64,000 nucleotides of DNA from Centroscyllium fabricii (Eukaryota), in contig JBNRSN020000014.1 of the NCBI GenBank assembly GCA_051313645.2, positions 44,764,001-44,828,000 on the forward strand. The letters are read 5' to 3'. The translations under genes and the position numbers were made by a program. Under the pieces are notes generated by a model, which saw only the letters and a list, made by a program, of their open reading frames with translations, ran no database searches and was not told where the DNA came from. Below are positions 1-13,177 of the stretch, piece after piece (positions within the stretch are counted from its first letter, which is position 1; every line of letters begins with the position of its first letter).

Positions 1-79
1 AACAAACAGTTGCTGCATCTGCCTGACAGCCTCCTGGAATGCTGTTTGAGCGCTGTAATTGGCGACTAGACTGCTGCAC

Positions 80-222
80 TTACCAGAGGCACCCCGCACG
101 CGGGGATTTAATTGAGTGATTAGGCGAAAATAGTGTTGGCTTCCCAGGCCCTTGGCCGAGCGGGTCAGGAACCCGCCCCGACCAATCCCCGCCAGGTTCC
201 TTTACCTCCAGGAAAATCCCCC
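80..222. mobile_element. Terminal fragment of a Harbinger-like GC-rich MITE
   Basis: Ends in GGAAAATCCCCC, the same terminus as the element ending at 25445; the other end is not seen. Confidence 0.5.
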
Positions 223-1129
223 ACTTGGTGTCTATTTTAAAGTTTGTATCAAAGGGGAATGGATTTCTCAAGTGCTATATGATGCAGCTCCTCTGGACAT
301 CAATGATTCATTGCACAGCACACCACACACAAAGGCCACAGCACCCAGTATACACTATTTTTAAGATGAGCCTCAGTCTTCCTTTGTGACTTGAAATACA
401 TTCTATAGAGCAGAGCAGATATTTATAGCATTCGTCCTGCCTGATTTGGATTGCACGCTCCTTTCCAATTAGAGCGGCACTATGATCCGAGCCCAGATCT
501 AAAAGCTGTTGGGCACTGGTGCTAACTTATGTATTTCAGCTGCCACGATGCATACATTGCACTGCCATGAATATTGCTTGCACCAATCTCACTTGGGAAA
601 TATTGGACTCAGCATCTTCAATATGCCAACATGCGAGAGCAGAGCTGCAATTCTTCCTATAAGTTCCATCCATACGTCAGTAAATGCTTTCCACTGACAT
701 TTTCTCTTGATTTGTAGGACAGTAACTTCTTGCATTTGTTCAAGAGGGAATCTGTTAACACCAGTGCTGTCATTACAAACTTGACACCTTCCCCCCTCAA
801 GATGTAATATCATCACTTCTCCTCCTATCTTTTTTTCTCTCTATCTGGCCCACTGCTTCAATCACTGTCATTATCAGAGAAAAGCGTTCCCCCAAGCAAC
901 TCCCTTTCATAACCATAAACAAGATAACTGAACGGAATAGCAAAAAATCCTTTCGAGTATTGTCACATGTGTTGTTTCAAAAACATGACTTGCCCATTAC
1001 CATGTGTCTGTCAAGCTTAAAAAGAAAGAATAGCTGTGCAACTTAATTGGCAAGTTTTACCCCCTGCTCCATTGAATTCTACAGAAATAGTTCAATATAT
1101 TTGGAAAAAAAAGAGACCTGACTGGCTTA

Positions 1130-1285
1130 TATAAAAATAAAAAAACTGGAAACACACAGCAGGTCCATCAGCAGCACAAAATAAAAACGACAAGTTCATA
1201 TTTTGAGTACAGTCTCTCCATCAGAACTAGTGAAAGGCCACTATCCGAAGTGTTGACAAGTTTTTTCATTTTTTCCTGTCTTTTC
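1130..1285. mobile_element. Old, degenerate Penelope-like pLTR/inverted remnant
   Basis: ctggaaacacacagcaggtc followed by a decayed hammerhead-like string (ctagtgaaaggccactatccgaagtgtt); heavily diverged. Confidence 0.35.
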
Positions 1286-1655
1286 TTCAATTATTTTGAA
1301 GATATTATTTATTTCTAGTCAACGTTTTATATCAGTGGTGCGTCATGGGCTTCGTCCAGATTCAGTCACGCACTCATGGGTGAGTGCATCATTTTCTCCA
1401 AGTCTATCGGGATATAATTGCCACTCGGCTGTCGAATACCACTGATTCAGCCGGATGCCTGAGCTGCCCAGTGGAAGGCCTGAGTTAAAATGGTGGTGAA
1501 GTGGGAATGAGGTGGCGAGTCAGCCATCTTGATATTAACTCGGCTACCATCTCGTTTCCGCTGGGCAGAGGGAGTTAAGATCGCCTCCGACAGTGTTTCA
1601 TCAGCTGAGATGTCCATCGGGTGATATGTCCTTTCAGTGTCCCCAGGCCAAAGTG

Positions 1656-2021
1656 ACACAGAAACACAGAAGATAGGAACAGGAGTAGGCCATTCGGCCC
1701 GTCAAGCCTGCTCCGCCATTTTGACGAGATCATGGCTGATCATCCAAACCCAGCACCCCTCCCTACCCCATCCCCTGACACCCCCAACTCGAAGAACTAT
1801 ATCTCACACACATACACATGGGCAATTTGTAGTATCCCCAATTCACCTAACCTGCATGTCTTTGGGTGGTGGGAGGAAACTGGAGTTCCCGGAGGAAACC
1901 CACATGAACATGAGGAGAACATGCAAACTCCACGCAGAGAGGACCCAGGCCAAGCAGGATTCGAACCCAGGAGCTCCTTATTGCGAGGCAGCAGTGCTAA
2001 CCACTGCGCCACCGTGTCGTC
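1656..2021 (-). mobile_element. HE1/V-SINE-like tRNA-derived SINE, variant subfamily, full length
   Basis: Minus strand has A box (TGGCGCAGTGG) and B box (GGTTCGAATCC), a V-domain-like core (GGGTTTCCTCCGGG) and a CR1-type tail; closely similar to 30920-31286. Confidence 0.85.
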
Positions 2022-3551
2022 ACTAGCGCCACCAATGGATCGGTCAGGCATAAAGCATGCAGATTGCTTCAAAGTTTACAAACACTATAAAAACCCGCTC
2101 ACGAAACTCATTAAATGCACTTCAATATCACTTAAAAAAAAATCCCATTCACAAAAAAGGAATCATTGTTGCCTTTAAACAATTTTTTTTCAAATACCAT
2201 TTTCAGTGGCCATGTTAATTTCTCACTAGCTGCACCATATTTCCCTAAAAGAAAGCATTTATAACCTAATAAGGAAAATCAATAATTCTGCAGAAATTTC
2301 AATACTTGCCAATGACTTTGGCCACCTTTCCTTCCAATCCTTTACAAATGTAGGACATTTCAAGGCTAGAAAAGACTAAGGGGCCAGTTGTTTTCTGCCA
2401 AACACTCTCAGCACTGGTTCTGCAGTGTTAAGTTGGTGCAGAGATTACTTACAACCCGGTCTCCGCTTGGAAGCTTGTTGCACGCCTCCTGGGGTTTCCC
2501 TGACATCAGTGGGAAACTTCCACCTGAAACAGGCATTTGAATATTATGTTAATGTCAGGGCAGTGACATCAAATGCCTTCCATGTTATTTTCCTGGATTT
2601 CCATCTAGTTGACACCCAAGAAGAGGATGAACTCCACACAAGTATGTGAGAGGCATATAGAAAGACACCAAGAAGAGGGACACTGAAAGAGTGGAATGCC
2701 TACAGCAAACCACGGGGAAACAGCAGGAATTGCACATAGTAGAGACAGGTATAAGGCACACACAGAGGTTTTACTTTTTTCCCATGAGTACTGCCTCGGG
2801 ACTTCCCCAAGTGAGTAAGTAAATTCATTTCTGTTACAACTGACTTGGACCTCTCTTGCACCCATTTGGTGATTACATTACGAGTATTAAAATTAATGAA
2901 ATAATTATAAAATCATTATTGAACTTTTGTCTACCATTGCTGATGGCAATCTCCTAAGATCAGACTTTCTGGTTTCCTGTTTTACATTATAACAAGAATC
3001 CAGTCACACAAAACACCAGTAGTGCTGTGATACTGCGGATTTCAGAAGAAAATCTAATGTGATTGATGATGAACCTTAAAGACTTCCTGCCATGCTGCAA
3101 ACGTCTGCCAGGGTTATGTGTGATATAATTGTGCGAGGCTGAATATTTAATTATTTCAGACTCTCTTCAATTTCCATTGTATCTCATTCATTCCAAAATA
3201 TTTTGTAGACTTTGTCAGAGAAATCCACTTTGTCCATCATTTTTAAAGACAGTTAAATTACTGTGACGTCTTTTTCTGTTAACAAACCTTCAGTGTTAAA
3301 CATCTATAAATTAATTAGGAAAAGCGTACCACTCCCCATATCTTAAGAAAGGAAGTATTCTTGATAATATTATTCAAGACTTGCAGAATCTGTAAATCTT
3401 GTATTGAAGCCTTCAGGGAGAAGAATTGTGCTGGTCACTATGTTGAAGACTTGTCGATACGTTCTGTTGAATGCATTTACAATGTAGCTACACTGACTGG
3501 CCAGAGCAATATTCCTCCCCAGGAGGAAGCATGGAGACAAGTGACTATCAA

Positions 3552-3556
<5 letters not shown>

Positions 3557-3582
<26 letters not shown>
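3557..3582. repeat. (GA)n microsatellite
   Basis: About 12 GA units read directly. Confidence 0.95.
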
Positions 3583-3725
3583 CAAAAGAGGAGAAATTAG
3601 AGAAGAACAGACAAATTGTCTGCATAGTTTTGATGTTGGGTGTAATTTAATGGCTCAGGATATGCATCAAAAATTAAATTCTATTCTTGTCCTTCCCAGA
3701 AAAACTGCAATATAAACCATTATAG

Positions 3726-4031
3726 TGTAGTGTGGGAATTAAAGAATTCCTACGAAAAAACAAAGTTCCACACAGGAGCACAGTCAAACAGGTCTTTACT
3801 TCAAGCAATCGCTGCAGGGACTGCCTGGGCAGCCCCGTGGCCAATGACGTGACGTCATCACGTTTGCCCGTGTTTTCCCATGCTCTTAAAGAGGCCACGC
3901 CCTGTATATACAGACACGATATGCAAAGCACAGTAATGCCTAACACAATGGTACAGGTTTAGGCTGGTGTTAGGACATCGTTAAAGGGAATTATGTACAG
4001 TTAGCCAGAGTCATTCAGTGGTCCTGCCACA
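3726..4031 (-). mobile_element. Solo-LTR-like element (306 bp)
   Basis: TGT...ACA termini and 4-bp TSD ATAG; homologous to 59827-60143; AGTAAA poly(A)-like signal on the minus strand; internal TGACGTCA. Confidence 0.7.
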
Positions 4032-5640
4032 ATAGATATCATTTAGAATAACCAATACTGATGAGGAGACTAGATAGGGACAGTTTTCCAGTTTTGTCAA
4101 AACACCATCTATAATTAGTTCAATGCATTGTTGTCTGTTGAGCATTCCTTGGATTACATGCCTCATATTATTCCACGAACAAAACAGTTGAACTGCAAAC
4201 AGTTGAACTGTAGCACTTATTCATTTACAGTATATGATGCATTTGCTATCTAAATGCAATTCTGTTTTAGGGGCTGTGAAAGATAGCAGGGTTTCAGTAC
4301 ATTATTTGTATTGTGAAGCAAATCACTGTCTTGTTTCTTCAAAGAAAAACCCCATTAATGGAATCAGGGAAACTATTTACTTGCTTGTTGAAATGATTTA
4401 TCTCCTTACAATGCTTTCTATAACTGCATCTCACTGGTACGTTTAAAGCTTTCCTTTCCAAATCTGGAATTTTCAGTATAATCTAATCCTTTGTCAACTA
4501 TTTAAAATCATGGCCACAGTTCCAGTACTGTTTGCTTGAAATTTTTGGGGAAGCAATTCCTGGAGAAGAAATCAAGTTGTCAATAGCGCAGCTGAATTAC
4601 GCAGAGGTCCAGGCTGTTAGCAGTAGCATAACTGGTGTTATGAAATGCCCTCGTTTTAATGTGAAACAAAGCAGTATCAGGTCCTTTCAGCACCAACCTG
4701 CAAGCAATTAAAATGAAGGCTATTACTGTTAATTATGGTGTTGACTGAAAATATGAGCGACTTTCCGTAAGTGAAGTAAAGGGACACTGTCTTCATGAAA
4801 AGTGGTTGGCAATTATTTGTAAACATACAATGAATCGTGTCAAAACAAATCGGCTTGTGGAATCATCATAGTGAAAATATACATAGTTATTTTTTCTCTA
4901 AACCCAAACAAATAAAGGTTGCTAAATGGTGCTTCATGTGAATAGTGGCACTTTATGGCCATGAAATTAGAAAGTATCCATTTTATTTTCTCATTTTTGT
5001 TATAAACAATAATTCAATGACAATTTTTGGAATGTAAATATTTTTGAGCCAATTTTCTTTTTACGTTGGTTTCCTTATCTCAACAATCAGTATGCCTTTT
5101 CTTCCCACTGTTGTTTGCGCATGGAATAATATTTTTCCCCTTTTTGTATCATTTGTGTCGTGCCATCATTATAAATACTTGCCACGTTTGGAACGTGATT
5201 AGCGATTTTAATGAGGAGCCGGGGGTGGGCGGAATCGTCCGAAGAATGTGGACATGGCAGGACCTCATTCGCATATTGTTGGGCCACCTCCCAGTGGGTA
5301 GCCAAATGGACAGCCTGGCCGGCGGGTTGGACGGCACACTAGTGGCAGGAGGCCACAGCCGGGGACCCGTGGGACGGTCCTCGGCGCTGGAAAAGGAGCA
5401 TCAGCTCTGGGCTGCGATTGGGAAGAAGTGGGGGGGGGGGGGGGAGACCTGCAATCGAGAGGGCTGAGTGGAGACTGATGTTCAGGAAAATTGGGGGAGA
5501 TTGAGAGGGGTGGTGGCGGGGGGAGAGTGGGAGCGGGGATTGGGGGTTCAAATCAAGACCAATGTGCTTACAGGGACAACACTACCATGCAGAAAAGATA
5601 GATGTGGAGTTTTTATTTAATTTTCCTCATTTTAAAAGTA

Positions 5641-5950
5641 AGTTAGTGCTTAGCACTGTTGTCTCACAGAGCTGGAGACCCGGGTTCAAATCCAGCCTCG
5701 GGTGACTATATGTGTGGAGTTTGCACATTCTCCCCGTGTCTGCGTGGGTTTCCTTCGGGTGCTCCAGTTTCCTCCCACAGTCCAAAGATGAGCGGGTTAG
5801 GTTGATTGGCCATGATAAATTGCCCCTTAGTGTTAGGGGGATTGAATGTGTGGGGTTACGGGGATAGGGTGGGATATGTGTCAGTGCAGGCTCGATGGGC
5901 CGAAATGGCCTCTATCTGCACTGTAGTGATTCAATGGTTCTATGGTTCTA
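5641..5950 (+). mobile_element. HE1/V-SINE-like SINE with an alternative 3' tail
   Basis: B box GGTTCAAATCC and V-domain core; tail ...atggttctatggttcta differs from the other copies. Confidence 0.85.
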
Positions 5951-7204
5951 ACATACCATTCTGCAGTTAAGTGAGTGGGAAGTCAACATATTCCGAGGTC
6001 AGCCTATGCTGTTTTAAGCTAACCACTAGCACATGCATGACAGAAGTCTTGGTTGACTCATTCTGATTCTGCCCCTTTCTCTATGTTGGGTAATAGCAGG
6101 CCTCAATGGGGTGAGCCAGACTGGGATGTCACAGCATGGAGAAACCTGGGTGAAAATCACTGTCTGCAATTCTGTGGCATACAGCACATTATTTAATCTA
6201 ATGATAAGTTCAGCACATTGAGGTTCTGCTGTGTATGAAGTAGAGCGGTTAAAAAAATCATCCCCAAATTTGTCTGGAGCATAGAAATGCAGAACTGCTG
6301 AGGTTTACAGCTTCATTTTGGAAGCTGTTTGCCAGAAACTCAGGGGGCAACTGATCCCTGACCTGTGCCAGTTGTATCACACGACACAAAGCTTTCTGAT
6401 GGCTCTGCCAAAGCATTAAGAGCTGGGACGCACCTGCTGGTAGGAAACAAAAACAAGAAGTGCTCCAGTCATCAATTCCTCAAAGAAGCAAAGGCAGATC
6501 GGTGAAATTAGTAATTCCCTCATTAACTCAGATGAGCTTTTTTGCTCAGCTGCTACTGAGGGACAGGGCATTAGCTGTTCAGCCAGAGGAACTGCGGAGC
6601 CGAGATGCTCGTGGCGATTATGTTTTGGGCATGATTTGTCGTCTTGGGCAGAATACAAATCTTTGAGTTCGAGGGTAGCAATAATCATTAAGGCAAACAT
6701 TTCAAGCTGACAAAAGCTCACTGGGCTCATTATCCTATTAGCTCTATCTTGTCCTGTGGTGCAGAGAATGCTACTTTCCCTCGGTTTACCTTGTGGAATG
6801 ATTGGATGTTGGACTTTTAGGGGGAGCGAAAAAGTTTTGTATGTCTTAATGATGGGAAACTGGGGAAATCTACAAACATTGTATGATGCACTGAACACTG
6901 GGGAGGTTTTGAAAGACTGAAAAAAAACAAATGTGATTCACATACTCAAGTGGAACAGCAAAGCTATACCTGGCAACTACAGACACATTAGCCTGACCTC
7001 AATAATTGGAAAACTAATGGAATAAAGAATCAGTAGTAGAATGGAAGAGCAGCTGTATGAAAATAACTTAATAAATATCAGCAAGTACATCTACAAAAGG
7101 GATAGATCTTGCCTGACCATTTTTCATGAGGTGGTACTCCAAATTGGCAGTGGAAAGCTGTTGATGTTGTGTACCTTAACTTGCAAAATGCCTGTGACCA
7201 AAAT

Positions 7205-7800
7205 AAATGCAAGTTGTTGTTGTTTTATGTAGGAAAATGCGGCAGCCAATCACACAAATGTCCTACCAAAAAGAAATGAAATAAATGATTAGGTAATTCA
7301 TTTTTCATTTTGTTTTTTATTCGATTTTTATGGGATGTGGGCGTCACTGTCAAGGCCAGCATTTATTGTCTATCATGAATTGCCCTCGAGAAGGTGGTGA
7401 TGAGCAGCCTTCTTGAACCGCTGCAGTCCGTGTGGTGAAGGTACTCCTACAGTGCTGTTAGGGAGGGAGTGACAGGATTTTGACCCAGCGACGATGAAAG
7501 ATCGGCGATATATTTCCAAATCAGGACCTAATGGGGAAGTAGTATTGTTGAGGAATAAATTGTTGGTTAGGACACTGAATAAGCTTCCTGGTACAGTTTC
7601 CTGGACCTTACCTTTTTATGTCCAGCTGAGCAGGCATAATTCATTTAATACCTCATCTGAAACACAGCACCGCTGACAGTGCAGCACTCCCTCAGTACAG
7701 CGCTGACGTGTTAACCTAAATTATGTGCTCAAGCCTTTAGAGTGGGGCTTGAACCCACAACGTTCTACCTACAGAGGTGAGAATGCTACCACTGAGCCAA
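7205..7800 (-). mobile_element. SacSINE1/DeuSINE-like SINE interrupted by a LINE 3' fragment (about 7325-7525)
   Basis: tRNA-like head near 7740-7800 matches 33631-33700 inverted; the insert matches the LINE tail at 52398-52590. Confidence 0.65.
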
Positions 7801-8118
7801 GGCAGACACCAACAGCTCTGCCACTGAAGGTGGAGCAGAGGGATGGGGTTAAAAGGAAAACCGTGTTGGATTAGTAACAGCCTAATAGGAAAGAAGTAGA
7901 TGGTAATTGTAAAGGGAGGTAGGTTGAAATAAGGGTAGGTTGAAGTGAGATTCCCTGGTTGGCGGGGAGATATCCTAGGATCACTCATGCTCCTGTTACA
8001 CACCTGGTTATGAAGCCCTAATGCAAGGTAGTTAAATTTGCAGACCACGCCAAACAAGTGGACATTGAAGAAGTGGACATTGAAGTCAGAGGAAGAAGCC
8101 AAGATCTTATGAAGGCAG

Positions 8119-8335
8119 TGATGTAATAAAGGAGTCTGATACATCAATAACTTAAAGTAAATCTTTAATCCACTATATTATCACTATTTACAAAGATGGG
8201 TTTTACCATGCTTCCAGGAGAAGCGTTCACTCTATACTGAGCAGTTCCAGTATTTATACTATCAGGAAACAGGAAGTGACATGTACAGAGTTCACCATTA
8301 AACCTTCCCCCGGAAGTCTGTTCAATATTACCACA
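8119..8335 (-). mobile_element. Possible short solo LTR inside the old CR1
   Basis: TG...ACCACA ends and it interrupts CR1 collinearity; no clean TSD. Confidence 0.3.
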
Positions 8336-8454
8336 GACAACGTAACAGATTTTGAAGCTGTCCTGATAGGTGACAAATAAAATTCAATATGAATAAGTTC
8401 ACGGTGCCACTTATTGGGAGTAAACATTAGAGGCAGATGAGCTGAACAAAACTT

Positions 8455-8614
8455 ACATAGAAACATAGAAGATAGGAGCAGGAGTAGGCCATTCGGCCCC
8501 TCGAGCCTGCTCCGCCCTTCGATGAGATCATGGCTGATCATCCAAACTCAGTACCATGTCCGTGCCTGCTCCCCATATCCCTTGATCCCTTTAGCTCTAA
8601 GAAATATATCCAAC
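8455..8614 (-). mobile_element. CR1 (HER1-like) 3' terminal fragment
   Basis: Reverse complement of the LINE end at 49880-50043 (DIFLRAKGIKGYGE plus tail). Confidence 0.85.
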
Positions 8615-8790
8615 AACTTTCCAAGATGGTGGTTGAAAGACATATAAGGCTGTTGGTTAATTCTGTCTGAGTCAGCAGTGAAGCAACTGCACAGGATGCT
8701 ATGATTTATTCCCAAATTAATTGAGGGCAAATCACCAGTAGTCGTACTGAGCTGTACATTACATTTCTCAAACTGCACTTGCAGTTCTAA

Positions 8791-9460
8791 GGGGTAACTT
8801 TAATTCCCCAAACAGGTGGGTTGGGGTCGGGTGAGATGTAAAAGTAAAAAAAAAATCTCAAAACCAGCCCTAACCCGGCTCCAACACGCCCACTTCCGGG
8901 TTTAACGGAGGCAGGACCATGGGCGGGCAGCCAACCCACTCGCAGGGGGCGGGTTGGCCCATTTAAATATTATAATGAGACAGGGAGCTTCATATTTAAC
9001 CTGTTTTACAGTTTTAATCCTGGCTGGCTGGATTTCCAAGGCCTCGGGAAACCTGGCAGCTCAAGGGAGGCGAGGACAGCTTCAGGGAAAAGTCCACAGC
9101 ACTGCTTGTGGACTAGGAGGAGCAGAAGTGCTGCCCCCTGGCCCACCAATCGTACCTTCTTCCCTGCCATCGCCCCCCCCCAACAAGGTTGGGGATCGGA
9201 CCCCCCACCCCAATGCTCCGATTAACGCAGCAGCAGGTTCCTTACCTGTTCCTGCGGCTGTGGCCTGCTCCAGTGTGCTCCCCACCCGACAGGGAGCCAA
9301 GCCTGCCAATCAGGCTGACTTCCGGGCAGGGATCCTGTAGAAGCAAAAAATACGCACGCTTTAAAACTTCACAGCATGCAGGAAAACCGGCTTTCCTGAC
9401 CGAAATTCCTCATCACCCCCACCACCGCTTACGAACTCCAGCCCTGTCAAGATCAGGGCC
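8791..9460. mobile_element. GC-rich Harbinger-like MITE, ends uncertain
   Basis: GC-rich insert within the old CR1 with GGGG.../...GGGCCC ends; TIR match is imperfect. Confidence 0.45.
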
Positions 9461-9667
9461 CTACATACAGTTTTTGTCGCAAGGATCATGTAGTGCCTGG
9501 AAGTAGCACATGCTACAGAGAGCAGTATAGGCCTGATCCCCAATGTTGTGGAGAAGAGCTAAAAGGCCTGATTGGATTAGCTGGGACTCTTCACCCTTGA
9601 AAAGAGACATTTGAGCCCGATTCTTATATGCACATATATAATACGTAAAAGGTATGGCACAAATAAT

Positions 9668-10431
9668 GGCCCAATTTTTCCGATCGCGCATATTGATTTG
9701 GAGCTCGGGTGCAAGCGCATCCGAGCTCCAAATCGCATGAAGCAGCCATTTGCAGCTGCTCCATGACATTCCGAAGGTGGCCAGCGGGGGGGGAGCAGAG
9801 CTGCTGCGATGATTATCGCACGAACCTACGCACCACAAGGTGCGCAGTGACTTTCAGATTTAAAAAAAAAGATTTTCATCGGGGTAAGTACTGAAGATTC
9901 TACGCTTGAAAATACCAGTCGTAAGCACCCGTTTTTAGCAGGTAAGTCTTTATTTTATTGATTTTAAGTGTTCTTTCAGGTTTATAATTTTTGTTAACTT
10001 TAAAGACAGGTAAGTATTCTTTTAAGCCTGTTAAAGAGTGTAAAAAAAAATCTAAATTTTTATTTTTTCTTTAAAATAGGTAATTTATGTTAGCTGGAGT
10101 ACTGTTAAAAAAATCTGGTGTTTTTAAAATTTTATTTTTGAGTTTAGATGTGTTTTGGAAGATCTCTCTTTTCAAAGGTTACACAGATTTCTCCGTGTAA
10201 GTTTTGAATGGAGGATTGCTTCCATTGATTGGCTCCCTGCCGATCACATGGTCTCGTGGGAGATTTCGAACTAATTACGCCATTCATTTGCACAAGCAGC
10301 TCGCACAGAGCTCTGACAAGCTGTACAACTCGGAAAGTCACAGTGCAAAAATTCAAAATGGAAAACGTGCTGGGTAAGTGCAAATAGGAGCATTGCACTC
10401 GCACGAAGGCTCCCGGGCTAATTTCTGGCCC
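9668..10431. mobile_element. PIF/Harbinger-like MITE with AT-rich core
   Basis: TIR GGCCCAATTTTT / AATTTCTGGCCC and 3-bp TSD AAT; related to 54188-54922. Confidence 0.7.
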
Positions 10432-10597
10432 AATATACTTTCAGATATAACAAAGCCACATTGCAAGAGGACACATTCACAGTTGCATTTAGCAAGTTTA
10501 CGCAAAGATTTGTTTTCACACCAATGGTGATCAAAGGTTGGGATGGGTTGCCAAACATGCTGTTTCGGGCTAGGACCCTGGACTTACATAAGAAGTA

Positions 10598-10916
10598 CAG
10601 GCATACAACCCCTTATGCGCAATTCCAAAATCCGAAAACCTCTGAAAAGCAAAAGTTTTTTCTGGAGCGTTAATCGTGTGCACGACATGACCCGAGTTGC
10701 GCCGAACATGACCTGACGCGGCCGACGCTTGACTCACGCAGGTGTGAGCCGTCATTTGTGTATCAGCGCTGCTACCAGTCACACGTGCTTCTGCTGCTCT
10801 CTGTTGTTTTGTGATTTTGAGTTTATTTTCAGTGCAAAAATAGCAAAATTCAAAACTCCGAAAAATTCCGACATCCGAAATACTGTAAGGGTTTCGGATA
10901 AAGGGTTGTGCGCCTG
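10598..10916. mobile_element. Tigger-like MITE (Tigger4/MER46-type TIR)
   Basis: TA TSD; TIR CAGGCATACAACCCCTTAT / ATAAAGGGTTGTGCGCCTG. Confidence 0.8.
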
Positions 10917-11914
10917 TAATTAGCTGCGGTAATGGGGAGCTGGTGGGGAAGGAAGAAGTCAAATGGGCCAAAACGCCCTCTTCCAAACCTATCAGGATCA
11001 TCTGACACACTTTCTACATTCTTCAAACAATTCAGTCAATGAAAAAACGTTTTTGGCAGGGCAGCGTCACTACAATGTAGTGGGAAGGCAGAGCCACTGA
11101 GCTTGGATCAGTTAAGTGATATTTAGGTGATCTTCCATCATGTGGGTGGGAAAAGCAACGGTGTTGATGATCTTGGCCACTGAAAAAACTAAATTGAAGT
11201 GTCAGATCCCAGAATTGTATTTTATTTCTAATATGTTGGCCTGCCAGTGTGGGACCTACTAAGCTAAATCAAAGAATGTAAAGGACACAGAACTCTTAAA
11301 CTGGAGCTGCTGGGCTTGGAAAAGATTAAACACCAGGCAAAGCTTTTTTTCCCTCACACTGTTCATCTTATATTGTATTTAAAAAAAAAGGAAATCTGCA
11401 TTTGGTTGGCATAGCTCATAAAAAAAAAAGCCTCTCCCTTCTAGGTCTAAGTGCTTTGGGAGAATATAGCTTTTATTGCTTCAAAAACTCTTCAGGATGA
11501 TTTGAATACAAGTGGCTTACAGTGATAAGTACATTAGCTCCTCGTCTGTTAATTACTGTATTTCATATGCAACTAATTTGACAGCCAGAGGCACATAATA
11601 TGCTAAATACTTCATATACTGTTACTATAAGAAGCTGGTCTCTTCCCGTGTGACTGTGTTGACACAGGACATTGTAATTTTAATGCTCACCCTTAACTGA
11701 CAGTACAATCCTGTTATTATTTAGATGCTTTTGCATTCTGATTGTGAGTTGCTAATGACAGAAAGTGTTTTTTCTGTAATTAGTACTGAATCAAACATCT
11801 TTGTTATCTCTATACATTGCATACACCTGGAGTTAGCAATTGGGGAACATCTCCCAATTCCTGGGGCTTCCTCCTGGGATGGACCAGGGTGCATTTCTGA
11901 CACCATCCAAAATC

Positions 11915-12637
11915 CGGATCCCCGCTACTTTGTAGTTTTCGGCCAGCGTGTCTCGTCGGCCCGAATCTTTCCTGCCCGCCACCGGCGGGGTTGATCGTTG
12001 AGCTTATTAGGGGCCCTTAATTGCAATGGGTAATCCCATTTTAAGGGTCCTTTGCGATTTTTGAGTCCTTCCCGCCCATACCTCGCCATCCTGAAACCCC
12101 GCCGGTGAAACCCAGCAGGACCACAGTCGGCTTGGTCACTTTCACCTTCAAGGCATTGAAGGGCCTGTAGCAGAATGCCTTCCAGGCCTTCAACACCCTG
12201 GAGGTGTAAGTGACTCCCTTGTCTGAGGAGCAGCTGTGGAGAAAACACTCAAAGCACTCACCTTGACAGATGCTAAAATGCTTCATAGAGAGACGGCCCC
12301 TAACTGTGAAAGGTTTCCAGTGAGTCCCTAGACCTGTCACTCAACCCAGTTGGGCTTTGAGATTGGTTGCACTCCACTGTGATGTCACAATGGGCTGTTT
12401 CCATAGAAACTAACAACACACAGTCCTTAGAAGTGTCAATCAAACCTCCGGCTCTCACCTGCAGCCCGCTGCTTTCTGACTGCAATCCTTCTATTGGCAG
12501 GGCCTCCCCACACGCAGGCAATTAATTGGCCAATTAAGCCAAAATTGCCTGGGGTTCCCACGCCCTCAAACATTCATGTCAGAATGCTGATCTGCCCAGA
12601 ACCCGCCAGCTCCCCACACCTTTGTGAAAATCACCAC
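11915..12637 (-). mobile_element. Harbinger-like MITE, uninterrupted copy of the 24289-25445 family, one end missing
   Basis: Reverse-complement match to 24300-25360; terminus GAAAATCACCAC. Confidence 0.8.
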
Positions 12638-13020
12638 TGTTAACATATTTTGGTCAGTTCCCACACTATTCTTGGTGCTACTGGGAAACCTGTCTCAGCA
12701 AGAGGAGGAGAAGGGTGGAATAGCACTGTAGCACCTAGCCAAACTGCAAGTGCGGCTGTTGTGCCGGCAGAATTGATTTAAAATTGTAAAATAGTCAGCT
12801 ATTAAATTTGCTGCTTTCCCTATAGCAATTGCAGTGGGAAAGCCGGTCTTTTCAGGAGAAATGGAGCCCACTCTGTCAGGGTCATATCATGGCCGCTAGC
12901 ACATAGCTGGAAACACCAAACCCATTCTGATCCTGGGAACAACTGAGACAGCACCATCGGGATTTCAGGTAGATCATGTCATCTGACTGGGCCCAACCCT
13001 TTTACTGATGTCCACATGTA

Positions 13021-13177
13021 AGAACATAAGAAATAGGAGCAGGAGTCGGCCATACAGCCCATCGAGCCTTCTCCACCATTCAATGAGATCATGGCTGAAC
13101 TTCTACATCAACTCTACTTTCCCGCACAATTCTCATATCCCTTGATTCCCTTAGTGCCCAAGAATCTATCGATCTCA
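13021..13177 (-). mobile_element. CR1 3' tail fragment
   Basis: agaacataagaaataggagcaggag...gagatcatggctga tail motif. Confidence 0.75.

Larger units (their letters stand above)
6890..10560 (+). pseudogene. Ancient CR1 LINE reverse-transcriptase region broken by several later insertions
   Basis: Decayed collinear motifs: PGNYRHISLTSIIGKLME (~6970-7020), FAD (~8038), GLFTLEKR (~9585) and RGH...FT (~10470-10530). Many stops and frameshifts. Confidence 0.65.

Noticed and set aside
6416-6898. 160-aa minus-strand ORF
   Set aside because: No recognisable domain or exon structure, and it overlaps the start of a CR1 remnant; likely chance.
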